Source: Pseudomonadota bacterium (GTDB taxonomy: Bacteria; Desulfobacterota; Binatia; Binatales; Binataceae). Taken from it: a stretch of DNA of 64,000 bases. The translations under genes and the position numbers were made by a program. Below, one piece after another: positions 27,661 to 37,420 of this stretch. Position 1 is the first letter of the stretch. Each line of letters opens with the position of its first letter. Location: NCBI GenBank assembly GCA_021324755.1, contig JAJPIL010000023.1:28138-92137 (forward strand). Direction: 5' to 3'. Under the pieces are notes generated by a model, which saw only the letters and a list, made by a program, of their open reading frames with translations, had not been told where the DNA came from and searched no databases.

Positions 27661-28096
27661 ACTTCTTGCTCTTTTCGTGGCAGGGTACGCACCGTCGCCA
27701 CCTCTAGGCTCTGGTTGATCATGAACTCGAGGTGATGATTGTTCCCGTACTTGCGGCTGTAGGCTGCTTCGATCTCCGTCCGGATGTGGATGGGATCCTC
27801 AAGCACAACCGGCGCAAAGACCATCCCCGGCATCTCCTATGCTACATGCACATGTCCGGTCCACTGGCTCACAGCTACCTGACACCGGTGCGAACGCAAA
27901 CCATAGCAGCAAAGCGCGTACACGGCCTGCCCGACCACCACACACCAGATTTGTGCGGACCTCCGGCAGCTCTTCAGCTCCTTTACCGCACAGGCGCAAG
28001 CTCGACCTCCTTGACCCCGGCCAGCAGCGCTAGCTTATTTGCTCCTCAACGTTCGGCTCTGCGCTCGCTCGGCCTGCTCGCCTCAGCTGCTGCCAC
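27657..28096 (-). pseudogene. DUF2255-like pseudogene (internal stops and one frameshift)
   Basis: Reconstructed by hand: MAAAEASRPSERRAER*GANKLALLAGVKEVELAPVR* / ...AQIWCVVVGQAVYA...HVA*EMPGMVFAPV...EIEAAYSRKYG...MINQSLEVATVRTLPR; matches the recalled DUF2255 pattern (IWxVVV, IDxAYxxKY, ATVRIxP); stop overlaps the SDR ATG. Confidence 0.72.
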
Positions 28097-28256
28097 TAAG
28101 CTTTCCTTTCCGGTTCCCCAACGCTCCAGAAACGAAAGAACCAGGATGGCCGGCCGCGACCAAAAACGCGACCCTCTTTGCTTCCGGGACTATGCTCCCC
28201 TGCTTGTGAGCGTAATGGACTCTAGATTTGGTTTTCTGGTTATGCTTGCGGGCGCT

Positions 28257-28493
28257 TCAAGCCGATTGCCTATAGCGCGCCAAAATCTGCATGATTCTGT
28301 CCTTGGAGGCTAATTTGAGCTTTTGGAGCCGCTTTTCTTCCATTTCCTCTTCACGTGTCAGGTAGAGTTTTTTGCGCAAAGCCTCGAGCCTACGCTTAAG
28401 CTCAAGATGTTCGTCGTAGGCGGCGCGCAACTCTTCGTCGTGCGCTACATGTTCCTGAATAAGCCGCTCCTCTCGCGCCTCCATCGAACGCAT
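28257..28493 (-). CDS. DUF465/YdcH family coiled-coil protein
   Basis: EH..L......LT.EE..E.KRLQKLKLASKDRI pattern; follows tsaB. Confidence 0.8.
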   Translation of the reverse strand: MRSMEAREERLIQEHVAHDEELRAAYDEHLELKRRLEALRKKLYLTREEEMEEKRLQKLKLASKDRIMQILARYRQSA

Positions 28494-28502
28494 ACCTCCC
28501 GG

Positions 28503-29297
28503 CTATTTTGACTTCGACTCTTCAATCGGGGCGGGCCGGAATTTTTCTGCATCACGTACCTGTGGTTCCCGCACGTAATGTGGCTCAAGGGAATGCAGCG
28601 GGTCGTTGTGTCCACGCTTTATACGGGCGGCCCCGATCGCAGCCAACGCTTTGCCTAAACTAGACAGGTCGTCGCACCATCTGACTTCTTTTGCCCCACC
28701 ATTAGCTTGACAAAGTTCTCCGGCAAGGCCTGCAAGAGAGGGTTCGCCAATGAGCAGGATTGTCGTTTTTTCGTAACATCGCGAGGCCATAGCCGAAGCG
28801 TTCAAAACGAGCTCGTCGCTGTCTCGGCTAAGCCCCAGTTGGTCGAATCTGTAGAAGGCCGTATAAAATTCACCTCGCCGTGCGTCGATTACTGGGCATA
28901 CGGTAGTGCCAATGCTCACGTTGTCGTTATCGAGAGCGCATACAGCAAGGCTGTCGAGGCTGCTTACCCCTGCAATTGGGCAACGCACGGCAAAGGCAAC
29001 TCCCTTAGCATAACTAAGCCCGATTCTTACTCCGGTGAAGGAGCCTGGCCCAATCCCCACTGCCACACCAGCTAATTCGCGGAGCTTAACTCCCGCCCTC
29101 TCAAGTGCTTCTTTTACGGCGCCGGGCAACTGTGCGGCGTGGGATTTGCTGAGAATCTGTACTTGCGCCACGCATCGCCCGTTGAGAGCGACGCTGGCCA
29201 CAAGCCGGGCCGTCGAAGTGTCAAGCGCAAGTATAGGGCCGAGGCTTTCTGCTTCGGCCAGCAATAAGTCAGCCTTGTGCAAGACGAGTGAGGTCAT
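28503..29297 (-). CDS. tsaB: tRNA threonylcarbamoyladenosine biosynthesis protein TsaB
   Basis: ILALDTST, GPGSFTGVRIG, IDARRGE, LEPHYVR. Confidence 0.93.
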   Translation of the reverse strand: MTSLVLHKADLLLAEAESLGPILALDTSTARLVASVALNGRCVAQVQILSKSHAAQLPGAVKEALERAGVKLRELAGVAVGIGPGSFTGVRIGLSYAKGVAFAVRCPIAGVSSLDSLAVCALDNDNVSIGTTVCPVIDARRGEFYTAFYRFDQLGLSRDSDELVLNASAMASRCYEKTTILLIGEPSLAGLAGELCQANGGAKEVRWCDDLSSLGKALAAIGAARIKRGHNDPLHSLEPHYVREPQVRDAEKFRPAPIEESKSK

Positions 29298-30612
29298 TGA
29301 AAATCACGAAAGCCATCAATGCCATCAAAAGAAAAAGTCCTACCTGCTGTGCAAGCTCGCGATGGCGCACTTGTAAAGGCCGTCCCCGCACGCCCTCGAT
29401 CAAGAAAAACAGCAGATGGCCGCCATCCAGCATGGGAATCGGAAACAAATTTATCACGCCCAGTTCCAGACTTAGCATTGCCATGAAAAGTCCCAGGTTC
29501 GCCAAACCCTGATGGGCTTGTTCGCCCGCCAGTCGGGCGATCATAATCGGGCCACCGAGCGTTTCGCGAAGCGGGGTCGCGCCGGTAAAAATCCTGGCAA
29601 GTCCCAGAATAAGCGTGCCCGCCATCCTAGCGCTTTCCAGTACTCCCTGAACTGCCGCACTTACAGGACCGAACCGTTTGACGGTGCTGTCTCCTCGAGG
29701 CAGCACTCCAATCATCCAGATTCCGGCGTTGCTCGAAGCGAGGCCTTTTGCGGTGTCGCGGACGGGCCTTACCGTTGCGCTAAGTTTAAGGGTCGTCCCA
29801 CCTTCAGCTCGTTCGTACTCTATCAGCAAAGGACGTCCGCCGCTTGACCTGACAGCACGTGACAGTTCGTCCCAAGTGGCGATCTTTTGCTGGTTGACAG
29901 CCACAATTCGATCGCCCGGGCGAAGTCCGGCTTGCTCAGCGGGAAGCCCAGGTTTAACCTCTCCGACGACCGGGAGCAACACGGGAATGCCGTACGCGAA
30001 GACTGCCGTCAAAATCACCGGAACGAAAAGGATGTTGGCAAGCGGGCCAGCCAGCACTATAGCTACCCGTTTGCGCAGCGGTTGGGTTGGAAACGCCTCT
30101 TGCCGGACCGCATCGAGCAGCTCCGGTGCAGGCGTCAGGCTAAGTGAATCAAGCGCCGCCTCAATCGATCCTTGCCGAACTATCTCTTCGAGCAGTAGAC
30201 GTTCTTCGGTGCGCAAATGAGCTTTCCCGCTCAATAGCGTTTTCGCAAGCTCAACGCTCGCTGAAGCCGCGGACTTGCTCCAACCCTTTCGCTGTTCAGG
30301 CCCACCGTGGCCGCCGCCCGATGCCTTTGTAACGATATCCTTGAGAAGCTCGCTCAAGTAGGTCCTGATGTCTGAAGGCGAAAGCTCTTCGCCTACCTCG
30401 TCGCCGAGCATCCGTACATAGCCGCCGAACGGAGTTGCGCTTAGCATGTATTCGGTCTGTCCCAAGCGGATGCCGAAGATCTTGGGCGGGTAACCGATCG
30501 AGAAGCGCAGCACGCGTACACCAGCGCGCTTGGCGGCCAGAAAATGGCCCATTTCGTGCACGACTATCAAAAGGGCGAGAACACCGACCGCAGCGATAAT
30601 TGAGAGCAGCAT
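29269..30612 (-). CDS. rseP: RIP metalloprotease RseP with a ~100-aa insertion
   Basis: HEMGH, FSIG, GGYVRM, IVLAGP.AN, PDZ domain, NLFPIPMLDGG. Confidence 0.93.
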   Translation of the reverse strand: MLLSIIAAVGVLALLIVVHEMGHFLAAKRAGVRVLRFSIGYPPKIFGIRLGQTEYMLSATPFGGYVRMLGDEVGEELSPSDIRTYLSELLKDIVTKASGGGHGGPEQRKGWSKSAASASVELAKTLLSGKAHLRTEERLLLEEIVRQGSIEAALDSLSLTPAPELLDAVRQEAFPTQPLRKRVAIVLAGPLANILFVPVILTAVFAYGIPVLLPVVGEVKPGLPAEQAGLRPGDRIVAVNQQKIATWDELSRAVRSSGGRPLLIEYERAEGGTTLKLSATVRPVRDTAKGLASSNAGIWMIGVLPRGDSTVKRFGPVSAAVQGVLESARMAGTLILGLARIFTGATPLRETLGGPIMIARLAGEQAHQGLANLGLFMAMLSLELGVINLFPIPMLDGGHLLFFLIEGVRGRPLQVRHRELAQQVGLFLLMALMAFVIFNDLTRLAQG

Positions 30613-30653
30613 CAAACGCCAACGGCGACCTTAATTATTCAAAGCCAGAGCTA

Positions 30654-31433
30654 TCAGCCCAAATAATAGTAAGCAAATATTGTCGCAAAAACTAGGCTGT
30701 CAGCTCGGTCAAGCAATCCCCCGTGACCCGGGAAGAGGCTACCTGACTCCTTTAAGCGCGCCAGTCGTTTGAGGGCCGATTCCACCAAATCGCCAACTTG
30801 AGCCGAAAAATTGAGCCCCGCAATACTCGAAAGCAAAGTCTTGAAATCGGTCTGCGGCATCATCCATCGCCACCATATCCAGGCGAAAAGCAAGTTCGAG
30901 CCCAGCGAGGCTAAGGCCCCTTCTACAGTTTTATTCGGGCTTACTCTCGGCAGCAACTTGATCGAGCCCCAACGCGTGCCAGCGAAATAGGCGGCGGAGT
31001 CACCGATTACGACGAGCAAGATTACCAGAAGCATCGTTTTGATTCCGCCGGCGCGATTTCTGAGTAGTGCGAAGTATGGAAAAAGAGCTGACACATAGAG
31101 CGGGCCCAAAAACGGCAGAATCGCGCGGCCTAGTTGCCAATCCCCTCCCTTCACTGCCACGCCGCAGGTCAGTAGAAGTAACGCGCTCACCACGGCGCAA
31201 ACGAGACTTGTGCTTCCGCTTTGACGAAGTACGAACAGTGCAATCGACAAGCTGGCGATAAAAAGAGCCACCGAAACAGGAGTTTTACAGTTACAGAAAG
31301 CAATAACTTCGGCCAGCCCAATAGCGGTTGCGCAGAGAACTAGCGCGGTGAATAGGCTTTTTGGTAGGGCATATACTGCCAACAAAAACGCAGGCAGCGC
31401 AACTAGGGCAGTTAAAACTCTAGTTCGCAGCAC
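30654..31433 (-). CDS. cdsA: Phosphatidate cytidylyltransferase
   Basis: DSAAYFAG, SPNKTVEG, GDLVESALKR, PGHGGLLDRADS. Confidence 0.93.
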   Translation of the reverse strand: MLRTRVLTALVALPAFLLAVYALPKSLFTALVLCATAIGLAEVIAFCNCKTPVSVALFIASLSIALFVLRQSGSTSLVCAVVSALLLLTCGVAVKGGDWQLGRAILPFLGPLYVSALFPYFALLRNRAGGIKTMLLVILLVVIGDSAAYFAGTRWGSIKLLPRVSPNKTVEGALASLGSNLLFAWIWWRWMMPQTDFKTLLSSIAGLNFSAQVGDLVESALKRLARLKESGSLFPGHGGLLDRADSLVFATIFAYYYLG

Positions 31434-32208
31434 GCGCTGGAACGCCCGAAGTGGGCACCGTGCCGAAGCGGCGTTCGCGACTTTGGTAAGCGACCAATGC
31501 GTTTAAAAATTCGCGCTCGCCGAAGTCCGGCCACAGAGTATCAGTAAAATACAACTCGGTGTAAGCCAGCTGGAAAAGAAGGAAGTTTGAAAGCCTGAGC
31601 TCGCCAGAGGTTCTAATTAGAAGGTCAGGGTCAGGCAACGAAGCCGTATATAGGCGACTAGCGAACAATTGCTCGTCGATCTGCTCAGGGTCAAGCTTTC
31701 CCTGGGCGACTTCGCGCGCCAAGCTTCTGACCGCTCGCACGATCTCTTGCCTTCCTCCGTAGGACAAAGCCAGCGCCAAAGTCATCGAGCGGTTGCCCGC
31801 CGTCACTCGCATCGTTTCTTCCAGCACCTCTCTGACCGAGGCGGGCAAGCGTTCCATTTCTCCTAGCACAATTAGCTTTATGTCGCGCTTGCAAAGCCGC
31901 TTGGCCTCGGTCATCAAATAGCGCCGCAAGAGCGCCATCAGAAAATTCACCTCGCGCGCGGGACGCTGCCAGTTCTCATTAGAGAAAGCAAACAAAGTGA
32001 GATAGGGAATACCAAGGTCACGAGCGACTTCGACTACGGTGCGAGCCGAGTCTTTGCCGCGCTGATGGCCTTGCAAGCGCGAAAGGCCTCTGCGAGTGGC
32101 CCATCGCCCGTTGCCATCCATCACGATGGCGACGTGTCGTGGCAGGCGCTGCGGATCGAGCAATACCGACGGATCGGTCTGGTTATCTACGTCTGGCGAA
32201 TTCCCCAC
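31420..32208 (-). CDS. uppS: Undecaprenyl diphosphate synthase
   Basis: HVAIVMDGNGRWA, FSNENW.R, YGGR, IRTSGELRLSNF, RERRFG. Confidence 0.96.
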   Translation of the reverse strand: MGNSPDVDNQTDPSVLLDPQRLPRHVAIVMDGNGRWATRRGLSRLQGHQRGKDSARTVVEVARDLGIPYLTLFAFSNENWQRPAREVNFLMALLRRYLMTEAKRLCKRDIKLIVLGEMERLPASVREVLEETMRVTAGNRSMTLALALSYGGRQEIVRAVRSLAREVAQGKLDPEQIDEQLFASRLYTASLPDPDLLIRTSGELRLSNFLLFQLAYTELYFTDTLWPDFGEREFLNALVAYQSRERRFGTVPTSGVPARAAN

Positions 32209-32256
32209 GGAAATAGCTCAGCAGATTTGTAGCACGTGGCGGGCACGCTAGCCCTT

Positions 32257-32829
32257 TTATACCTGCATTATTTCCGCTTCTTTTGCTGCGAGGATCTGGT
32301 CTATTTTGGCGATTTCTCCTGTGGTCAGTTGCTGAATTTTAGCTTCTGCGCTTCTTAACTCGTCTTCCCCAATTTGCTTGGACTTATGCAGCTCCCGCAG
32401 CTTTTCGTTGGCTTCGCGCCGATGGTTGCGCACGGAGACTCTGAACTCTTCCGCTATCTTGCGCACGTGCTTGACTAGCTCACGTCTACGTTCTTCACTG
32501 AGCTCGGGGATTGGAACTCGGATGATTTTTCCGTCGTTGCTCGGCGTAAGTCCCAGGTCGGACGACAAAATCGCCTTTTCTATCTCGGAGAGAAGGTTTT
32601 TGTCGTATGGGGTCACTACTATAAGGCGCGTTTCCGGCGCGGCCAAACCAGCCAGCTGCTTAAGAGGCATCTTGGTGCCATAACAATTCACCATGATTCC
32701 CTCCAGAAGCGCCGTCGAGGCGCGGCCGCTACGCACGCGCGAAAGCTCGTGGCGAAACGCATTGACGGCCTGCTCCATTTCGCGTCTTGCTTGCTCAATA
32801 ATTTGGTCTTTTGAGAGGTCTGTGGCCAT
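32257..32829 (-). CDS. frr: Ribosome recycling factor
   Basis: VRSGRAS, LGLTPSNDG..IR..IPELSEERR. Confidence 0.96.
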   Translation of the reverse strand: MATDLSKDQIIEQARREMEQAVNAFRHELSRVRSGRASTALLEGIMVNCYGTKMPLKQLAGLAAPETRLIVVTPYDKNLLSEIEKAILSSDLGLTPSNDGKIIRVPIPELSEERRRELVKHVRKIAEEFRVSVRNHRREANEKLRELHKSKQIGEDELRSAEAKIQQLTTGEIAKIDQILAAKEAEIMQV

Positions 32830-32832
32830 GGT

Positions 32833-33582
32833 TTATGGCCCCTCGTCAACTAATGTTCCCACTGGCTCGCCCAAAACAGCACGTTTTATGTTTCCTGCCT
32901 GCTTTAGGTTGAATACTATAATGGGCAGGCGACAGTCCATACAGAGCGAGATCGCCGCCGCGTCCATCACTTTGAGGTTATGGGTCAGGACGTCGATGTA
33001 AGTCAGATGTTCGTACCGTCGCGCTCCCGCATATACGAGCGGGTCGCGGTCATAAATTCCGTCGACGTCATGACTAGCCTTGAGAATTATCTCGGCGTCG
33101 ATTTCAGCTGCCCTCAGGCTTGCCGCAGTATCGGTGCTAAAGTATGGGTTACCGGTGCCCGCGGCGAATACCACGACGCGGCCTTTTTCCAGATGGCGCA
33201 CTGCGCGCCGTCGGATATACGGCTCGCATACCGCCTGCATCTGAATAGCCGAAAGAACGCGAGTGGTGACGCCGATTTGCTCCAACGTGTCCTGCAAGGC
33301 GAGCGCATTGATCACCGTGGCCAGCATTCCCATGTAGTCGGCGGTTGCGCGGTCCATCCCATTGCGTTCATAGGTCTGGCCGCGCACGATGTTGCCGCCA
33401 CCGATCACGATTGCCACTTGCACGCCCATCGCGACGACCTCTTTAATCTCCAGCGCGATGGCTCGCACTCGCTCGGGATCGATACCGAAGCTCGAAGCTG
33501 GGGCAAGCGCCTGTCCCGACAGTTTCAGCATTATGCGACGAAACCGTGGGGTACCAACCTTTTTCGGTTCAGCGTCAACCAT
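32833..33582 (-). CDS. pyrH: Uridylate kinase
   Basis: [32 protein letters not shown]. Confidence 0.97.
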   Translation of the reverse strand: MVDAEPKKVGTPRFRRIMLKLSGQALAPASSFGIDPERVRAIALEIKEVVAMGVQVAIVIGGGNIVRGQTYERNGMDRATADYMGMLATVINALALQDTLEQIGVTTRVLSAIQMQAVCEPYIRRRAVRHLEKGRVVVFAAGTGNPYFSTDTAASLRAAEIDAEIILKASHDVDGIYDRDPLVYAGARRYEHLTYIDVLTHNLKVMDAAAISLCMDCRLPIIVFNLKQAGNIKRAVLGEPVGTLVDEGP

Positions 33583-33661
33583 CGATTTTATTCCGCCGCG
33601 ACTTACGTTTACTCAATCGCCTGCAGCAGCTTTTTGCGGCATTTAGCTTTCTAAAACTATC

Positions 33662-34273
33662 TTACTCCGCTCCTCCATCCAATGATTCCCCCAGCTGGAA
33701 GCGCACGAAGCGGCGCACCTCTATCTTTTCGCCGAATTTAGCCGCGTACTCCGCCAATAAATCCTTCACCGTGCGCGCTGGATCACGCATATATCCCTGT
33801 TCTACCAGGCAAATTTCGCGCAGAAACTTTTCCAAGCGTCCTTCAACGATCTTTTCAACCACCGCAGGCGGTTTTCCAGCTGCCTGGGCCGCGTATATTT
33901 CGCGCTCGCGTTGTAAAATTTCCGCTGGCACTTGCTCGCGCGAAACGTAGCGGGGATTAGCTGCCGCCACTTGCATGGCGATCTCTCTCACCAGCGTTTG
34001 AAATTCGGGTGTTTTGGCGACGAAGTCCGTCTCGCAGTTCACCTCGACTAGAACGCCTAGCTTGCCACCGGTGTGGATGTACGCCCCGATGGCGCCTTCG
34101 GAGGCTACCCTGCTGGCGCGCTTGGCCGCCTGAGCGATGCCTTTTTCGCGCAACCATATGACGGCCTTTTCGAGATCGCCTTGAGTTTCGGCAAGCGCTT
34201 TCTTGCAGTCCATCACACCCGCGCCTGTTTTCTCGCGCAGCGTTTTTATAAGCTCAGGGGTGATCTCAGCCAT
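33662..34273 (-). CDS. tsf: Elongation factor Ts (short form)
   Basis: [32 protein letters not shown]. Confidence 0.97.
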   Translation of the reverse strand: MAEITPELIKTLREKTGAGVMDCKKALAETQGDLEKAVIWLREKGIAQAAKRASRVASEGAIGAYIHTGGKLGVLVEVNCETDFVAKTPEFQTLVREIAMQVAAANPRYVSREQVPAEILQREREIYAAQAAGKPPAVVEKIVEGRLEKFLREICLVEQGYMRDPARTVKDLLAEYAAKFGEKIEVRRFVRFQLGESLDGGAE

Positions 34274-34593
34274 TCGAGTTTCTTCTCCTATGGTTGGCCG
34301 TACTCAACGTCGGAACTTAGGGGCGCCCTCTAAAAAGTTCAAAGCAAAATCTTTACTGACGCAACGCTCCTTGAAAAGTTTATTGCATCCACATGAGTCG
34401 GCAACTATGCATGCCCGCACCATTCGTTTTTCTTAATAGAATCTATTGCTCGACGCTTCGCTAGTCCCTGGCAACCGAAGAACGTGGGATGCAATCTCAG
34501 TGCCCTGTGCTTGTGTCGGTACCGATGACCGATCGCTAAGCCAAAATAGCTCGCCCCAGACAAGCAAGACGGATTAATTCGGCTCGCCCGACG

Positions 34594-35358
34594 TCAGACT
34601 GGAGCAGGCGTTTCAGGCGCAGATCCGCTGATCTCTTCGCTCGTCTCCTGTTCGGCCTTTTGTCGTTCCTCAAGAATTTGTCGCCCTTCGAGATAGGCGT
34701 CAGCGATAGCGCTGGTAAAAAGTTTGATTGCCCTTATTGCGTCGTCATTGCCAGGGATGCGGTAAGTGATTAGGTCGGGGTCGCAATTGGTGTCTACCAC
34801 TGCGACGACTGGAATATTTAGGCGATTTGCCTCGGCGACGGCGATGTGCTCAACCACGGTATCGATCACGAACAGCGCGTCGGGCAGCTTGCGCATCGCT
34901 TTTATTCCGCCCAAGGTGCTCATCAGTTTTCTATACTCTCGGGCGTAGCGGTTCATCTCCTTTTTGGTTAGCGCCTCCTGCATCTGCGGGTCGTTCATGA
35001 TCTCCTCGACCTTTTTGAGGCGCTCGATCGAGCTGCGCACGGTTTGGAAGTTGGTCAGCATCCCCCCGAGCCATCGGTTGTTCACGTAGAACGCTCCGCA
35101 ACGCTCGGCCTCTTCTCGGATTATGTCTTGGGCTTGCTTCTTGGTGCCTACCATCAAGAGCGTGCCCCCAGCCGCCCCGAGGTCCCTGACGAAGTTGTAC
35201 GCCTCGCGAAACAGTTTGACGGTTTGTTGTAGATCAATGATATGGATGCCATTGCGGGCGCCAAAGATGTAAGGTTTCATCTTGGGATTCCACCGGCTCG
35301 TCTGATGGCCGAAGTGGACGCCCGCCTCAAGAAGCTGCTTCATGGTGATTTCTGTCAT
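34594..35358 (-). CDS. rpsB: 30S ribosomal protein S2
   Basis: [36 protein letters not shown]. Confidence 0.98.
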   Translation of the reverse strand: MTEITMKQLLEAGVHFGHQTSRWNPKMKPYIFGARNGIHIIDLQQTVKLFREAYNFVRDLGAAGGTLLMVGTKKQAQDIIREEAERCGAFYVNNRWLGGMLTNFQTVRSSIERLKKVEEIMNDPQMQEALTKKEMNRYAREYRKLMSTLGGIKAMRKLPDALFVIDTVVEHIAVAEANRLNIPVVAVVDTNCDPDLITYRIPGNDDAIRAIKLFTSAIADAYLEGRQILEERQKAEQETSEEISGSAPETPAPV

Positions 35359-35461
35359 AGTCAAATACCCTGTCTAGCTAACTGAATCTTTCTCGCTGAG
35401 TCGGGATCGCCAAGCGCAAAAGAAACTCTCACGCCTAACAGTGGTTTCTCCTTCGTGCTAG

Positions 35462-36934
35462 CTAATTATTCATCGACTCCAGAAACTCTTCGTTCGTCTT
35501 CGTTCCCTGCATCTTATCGAGCAGAAACTCCATGGCCTCGACCGCGTTGAGCTGCGAGAGGAGCTTGCGCAATATCCAGACCCGGTTCAGGACCGTGCGC
35601 GGAAGCAGAAGTTCTTCTTTGCGGGTAGAGGAGCGCTGGATATCGATCGTGGGGAATATACGCTTTTCAAGCAGCCTGCGATCAAGCGCTATTTGCTGAT
35701 TGCCGGTTCCCTTGAACTCCTCGAAGATTACTTCGTCCATCCGGCTGCCGGTGTCAACCAAGGCGGTAGCGATAATCGTAAGACTGCCCCCGTCTTCGGT
35801 GTTTCGGGCCGCGCCGAAGAATTTTTTGGGCTTGTGCAAAGCATTTGAGTCAACGCCACCAGAGAGAATCTTTCCGGAAGGTGGCGAAACCGTGTTATAG
35901 GCGCGTGCCAAACGGGTGATCGAGTCAAGCAAAATTACCACGTCCCGTCCATGTTCTACCAGTCGACGCGCTTTTTCGATAACCATCTCTGCAACCTGAA
36001 CGTGGCGAGATGCGGGCTCGTCGAAGGTCGAGCTTACCACCTCGCCCTTGACCGACCGTAACATGTCGGTGACTTCTTCGGGCCGCTCGTCGACCAGCAG
36101 AACGATCAGGATAATTTCAGGATGGTTGTGCGCGATAGCCTTGGCGATCGCCTGCAGCATCATCGTCTTGCCGGTGAACGGCGCCGCCACGATCAGGCCG
36201 CGCTGACCCTTGCCGATCGGGGCAATAAGGTCAATTATGCGCGTGGTGTAGTCCTCCGGATCGTATTCAAGCTTAATCCGTTCGCTAGGATAAAGCGGCG
36301 TAAGGTTGTCAAATAGTATTTTGTCGCGCGCTTTCTCCGGATCTTCGTAGTTGATGGATTCGACTTTGAGAAGGGCAAAGTAACGCTCACCCTCCTTGGG
36401 TGGGCGGATCAAACCCGACACAATATCGCCCGTCCGAAGGTTGAACTTCCGGATTTGACTGGGCGAAACGTAGATATCGTCAGGTCCGGGTAAATAGTTG
36501 TAGTCCGGAGCACGCAAAAAGCCGAAGCCGTCGGGAAGAATTTCAAGCACGCCCTCGCCCAGGATAGCACCTTTTTTGGCTGCTTGCGCTTGCAGGATCG
36601 CAAAAATCATCTCCTGCTTGCGCATGTTTATCGCGCCGTCGATGTTAAGCTCACGCGCTATCTGTGCAAGATCGGTGATTTTTGCACGCTTGAGCGCGGT
36701 CAAGTTAAGCACTCCAAGCTCGCCAGTGCTTTCGCTGCTGGAGCCGTTTTCGGACTCGTGCTTGACTTGTGCCTCCTGGCTCGAGGGGGTTTCTTGAGTG
36801 GTTGTTGGAGGTGTCTCCTGAGTGGCTAAGGCTGGCAAGGGTTGACCCTGGCGATTCGCTACGCCTGCCTCGCCCTCGTTAACTACAGTTTCCTCTTCTT
36901 TTTCCTTCTTGGCTACGCCTTTCGTCCTAGCCAT
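35462..36934 (-). CDS. rho: Transcription termination factor Rho with N-terminal extension
   Basis: [54 protein letters not shown] 36934 after GGGGAG. Confidence 0.97.
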   Translation of the reverse strand: MARTKGVAKKEKEEETVVNEGEAGVANRQGQPLPALATQETPPTTTQETPSSQEAQVKHESENGSSSESTGELGVLNLTALKRAKITDLAQIARELNIDGAINMRKQEMIFAILQAQAAKKGAILGEGVLEILPDGFGFLRAPDYNYLPGPDDIYVSPSQIRKFNLRTGDIVSGLIRPPKEGERYFALLKVESINYEDPEKARDKILFDNLTPLYPSERIKLEYDPEDYTTRIIDLIAPIGKGQRGLIVAAPFTGKTMMLQAIAKAIAHNHPEIILIVLLVDERPEEVTDMLRSVKGEVVSSTFDEPASRHVQVAEMVIEKARRLVEHGRDVVILLDSITRLARAYNTVSPPSGKILSGGVDSNALHKPKKFFGAARNTEDGGSLTIIATALVDTGSRMDEVIFEEFKGTGNQQIALDRRLLEKRIFPTIDIQRSSTRKEELLLPRTVLNRVWILRKLLSQLNAVEAMEFLLDKMQGTKTNEEFLESMNN

Positions 36935-37169
36935 TGGTCTCCCCATTAAAACAGCTACTTGTGCAAGATGGTGACTTTAAGGATTGGGAAATCAAACAGT
37001 TCGGGCGACAAGCCCCATCACGGGTGAGCTTACCGCTCAATCAATGCTCCTATGAATCGGAGGACTCACTTAACGAATTAAAGCCTGGGGAACCGCAGAG
37101 GGTTGGGGGCTGGTTTAAGCGCGCCTGTCGAGCCCACGTAAATCAGGCCTACCCATGAACGCTAACTAT

Positions 37170-37198
37170 AAGATAACCTCGCTCAGAGCTAAAGTCAA
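37170..37198 (-). promoter_or_regulatory. Sigma70-type promoter for rho, giving a ~230-nt leader
   Basis: TTGACT-N17-TATCTT on the minus strand. Confidence 0.6.
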
Positions 37199-37420
37199 CC
37201 TGGATTCTAACTTGGCTTACTTGCTCGCGTTTTTACGTCCGAGACTACGAACTTAGCGCTATCCACAGCGTCGCCTAAGCTCTAAGTATCGCTAACTTCC
37301 TTCGTGTTTCAAGCAGTTTCTTACGAGTCCTCGTCGGTGTCCCCAAAGTTCAAGTGTCTCGGTCTGGCTATCGACTTGCCATTTGCGCAACGTTCAACGA
37401 CTGTCCACAGGGCACAGGTG

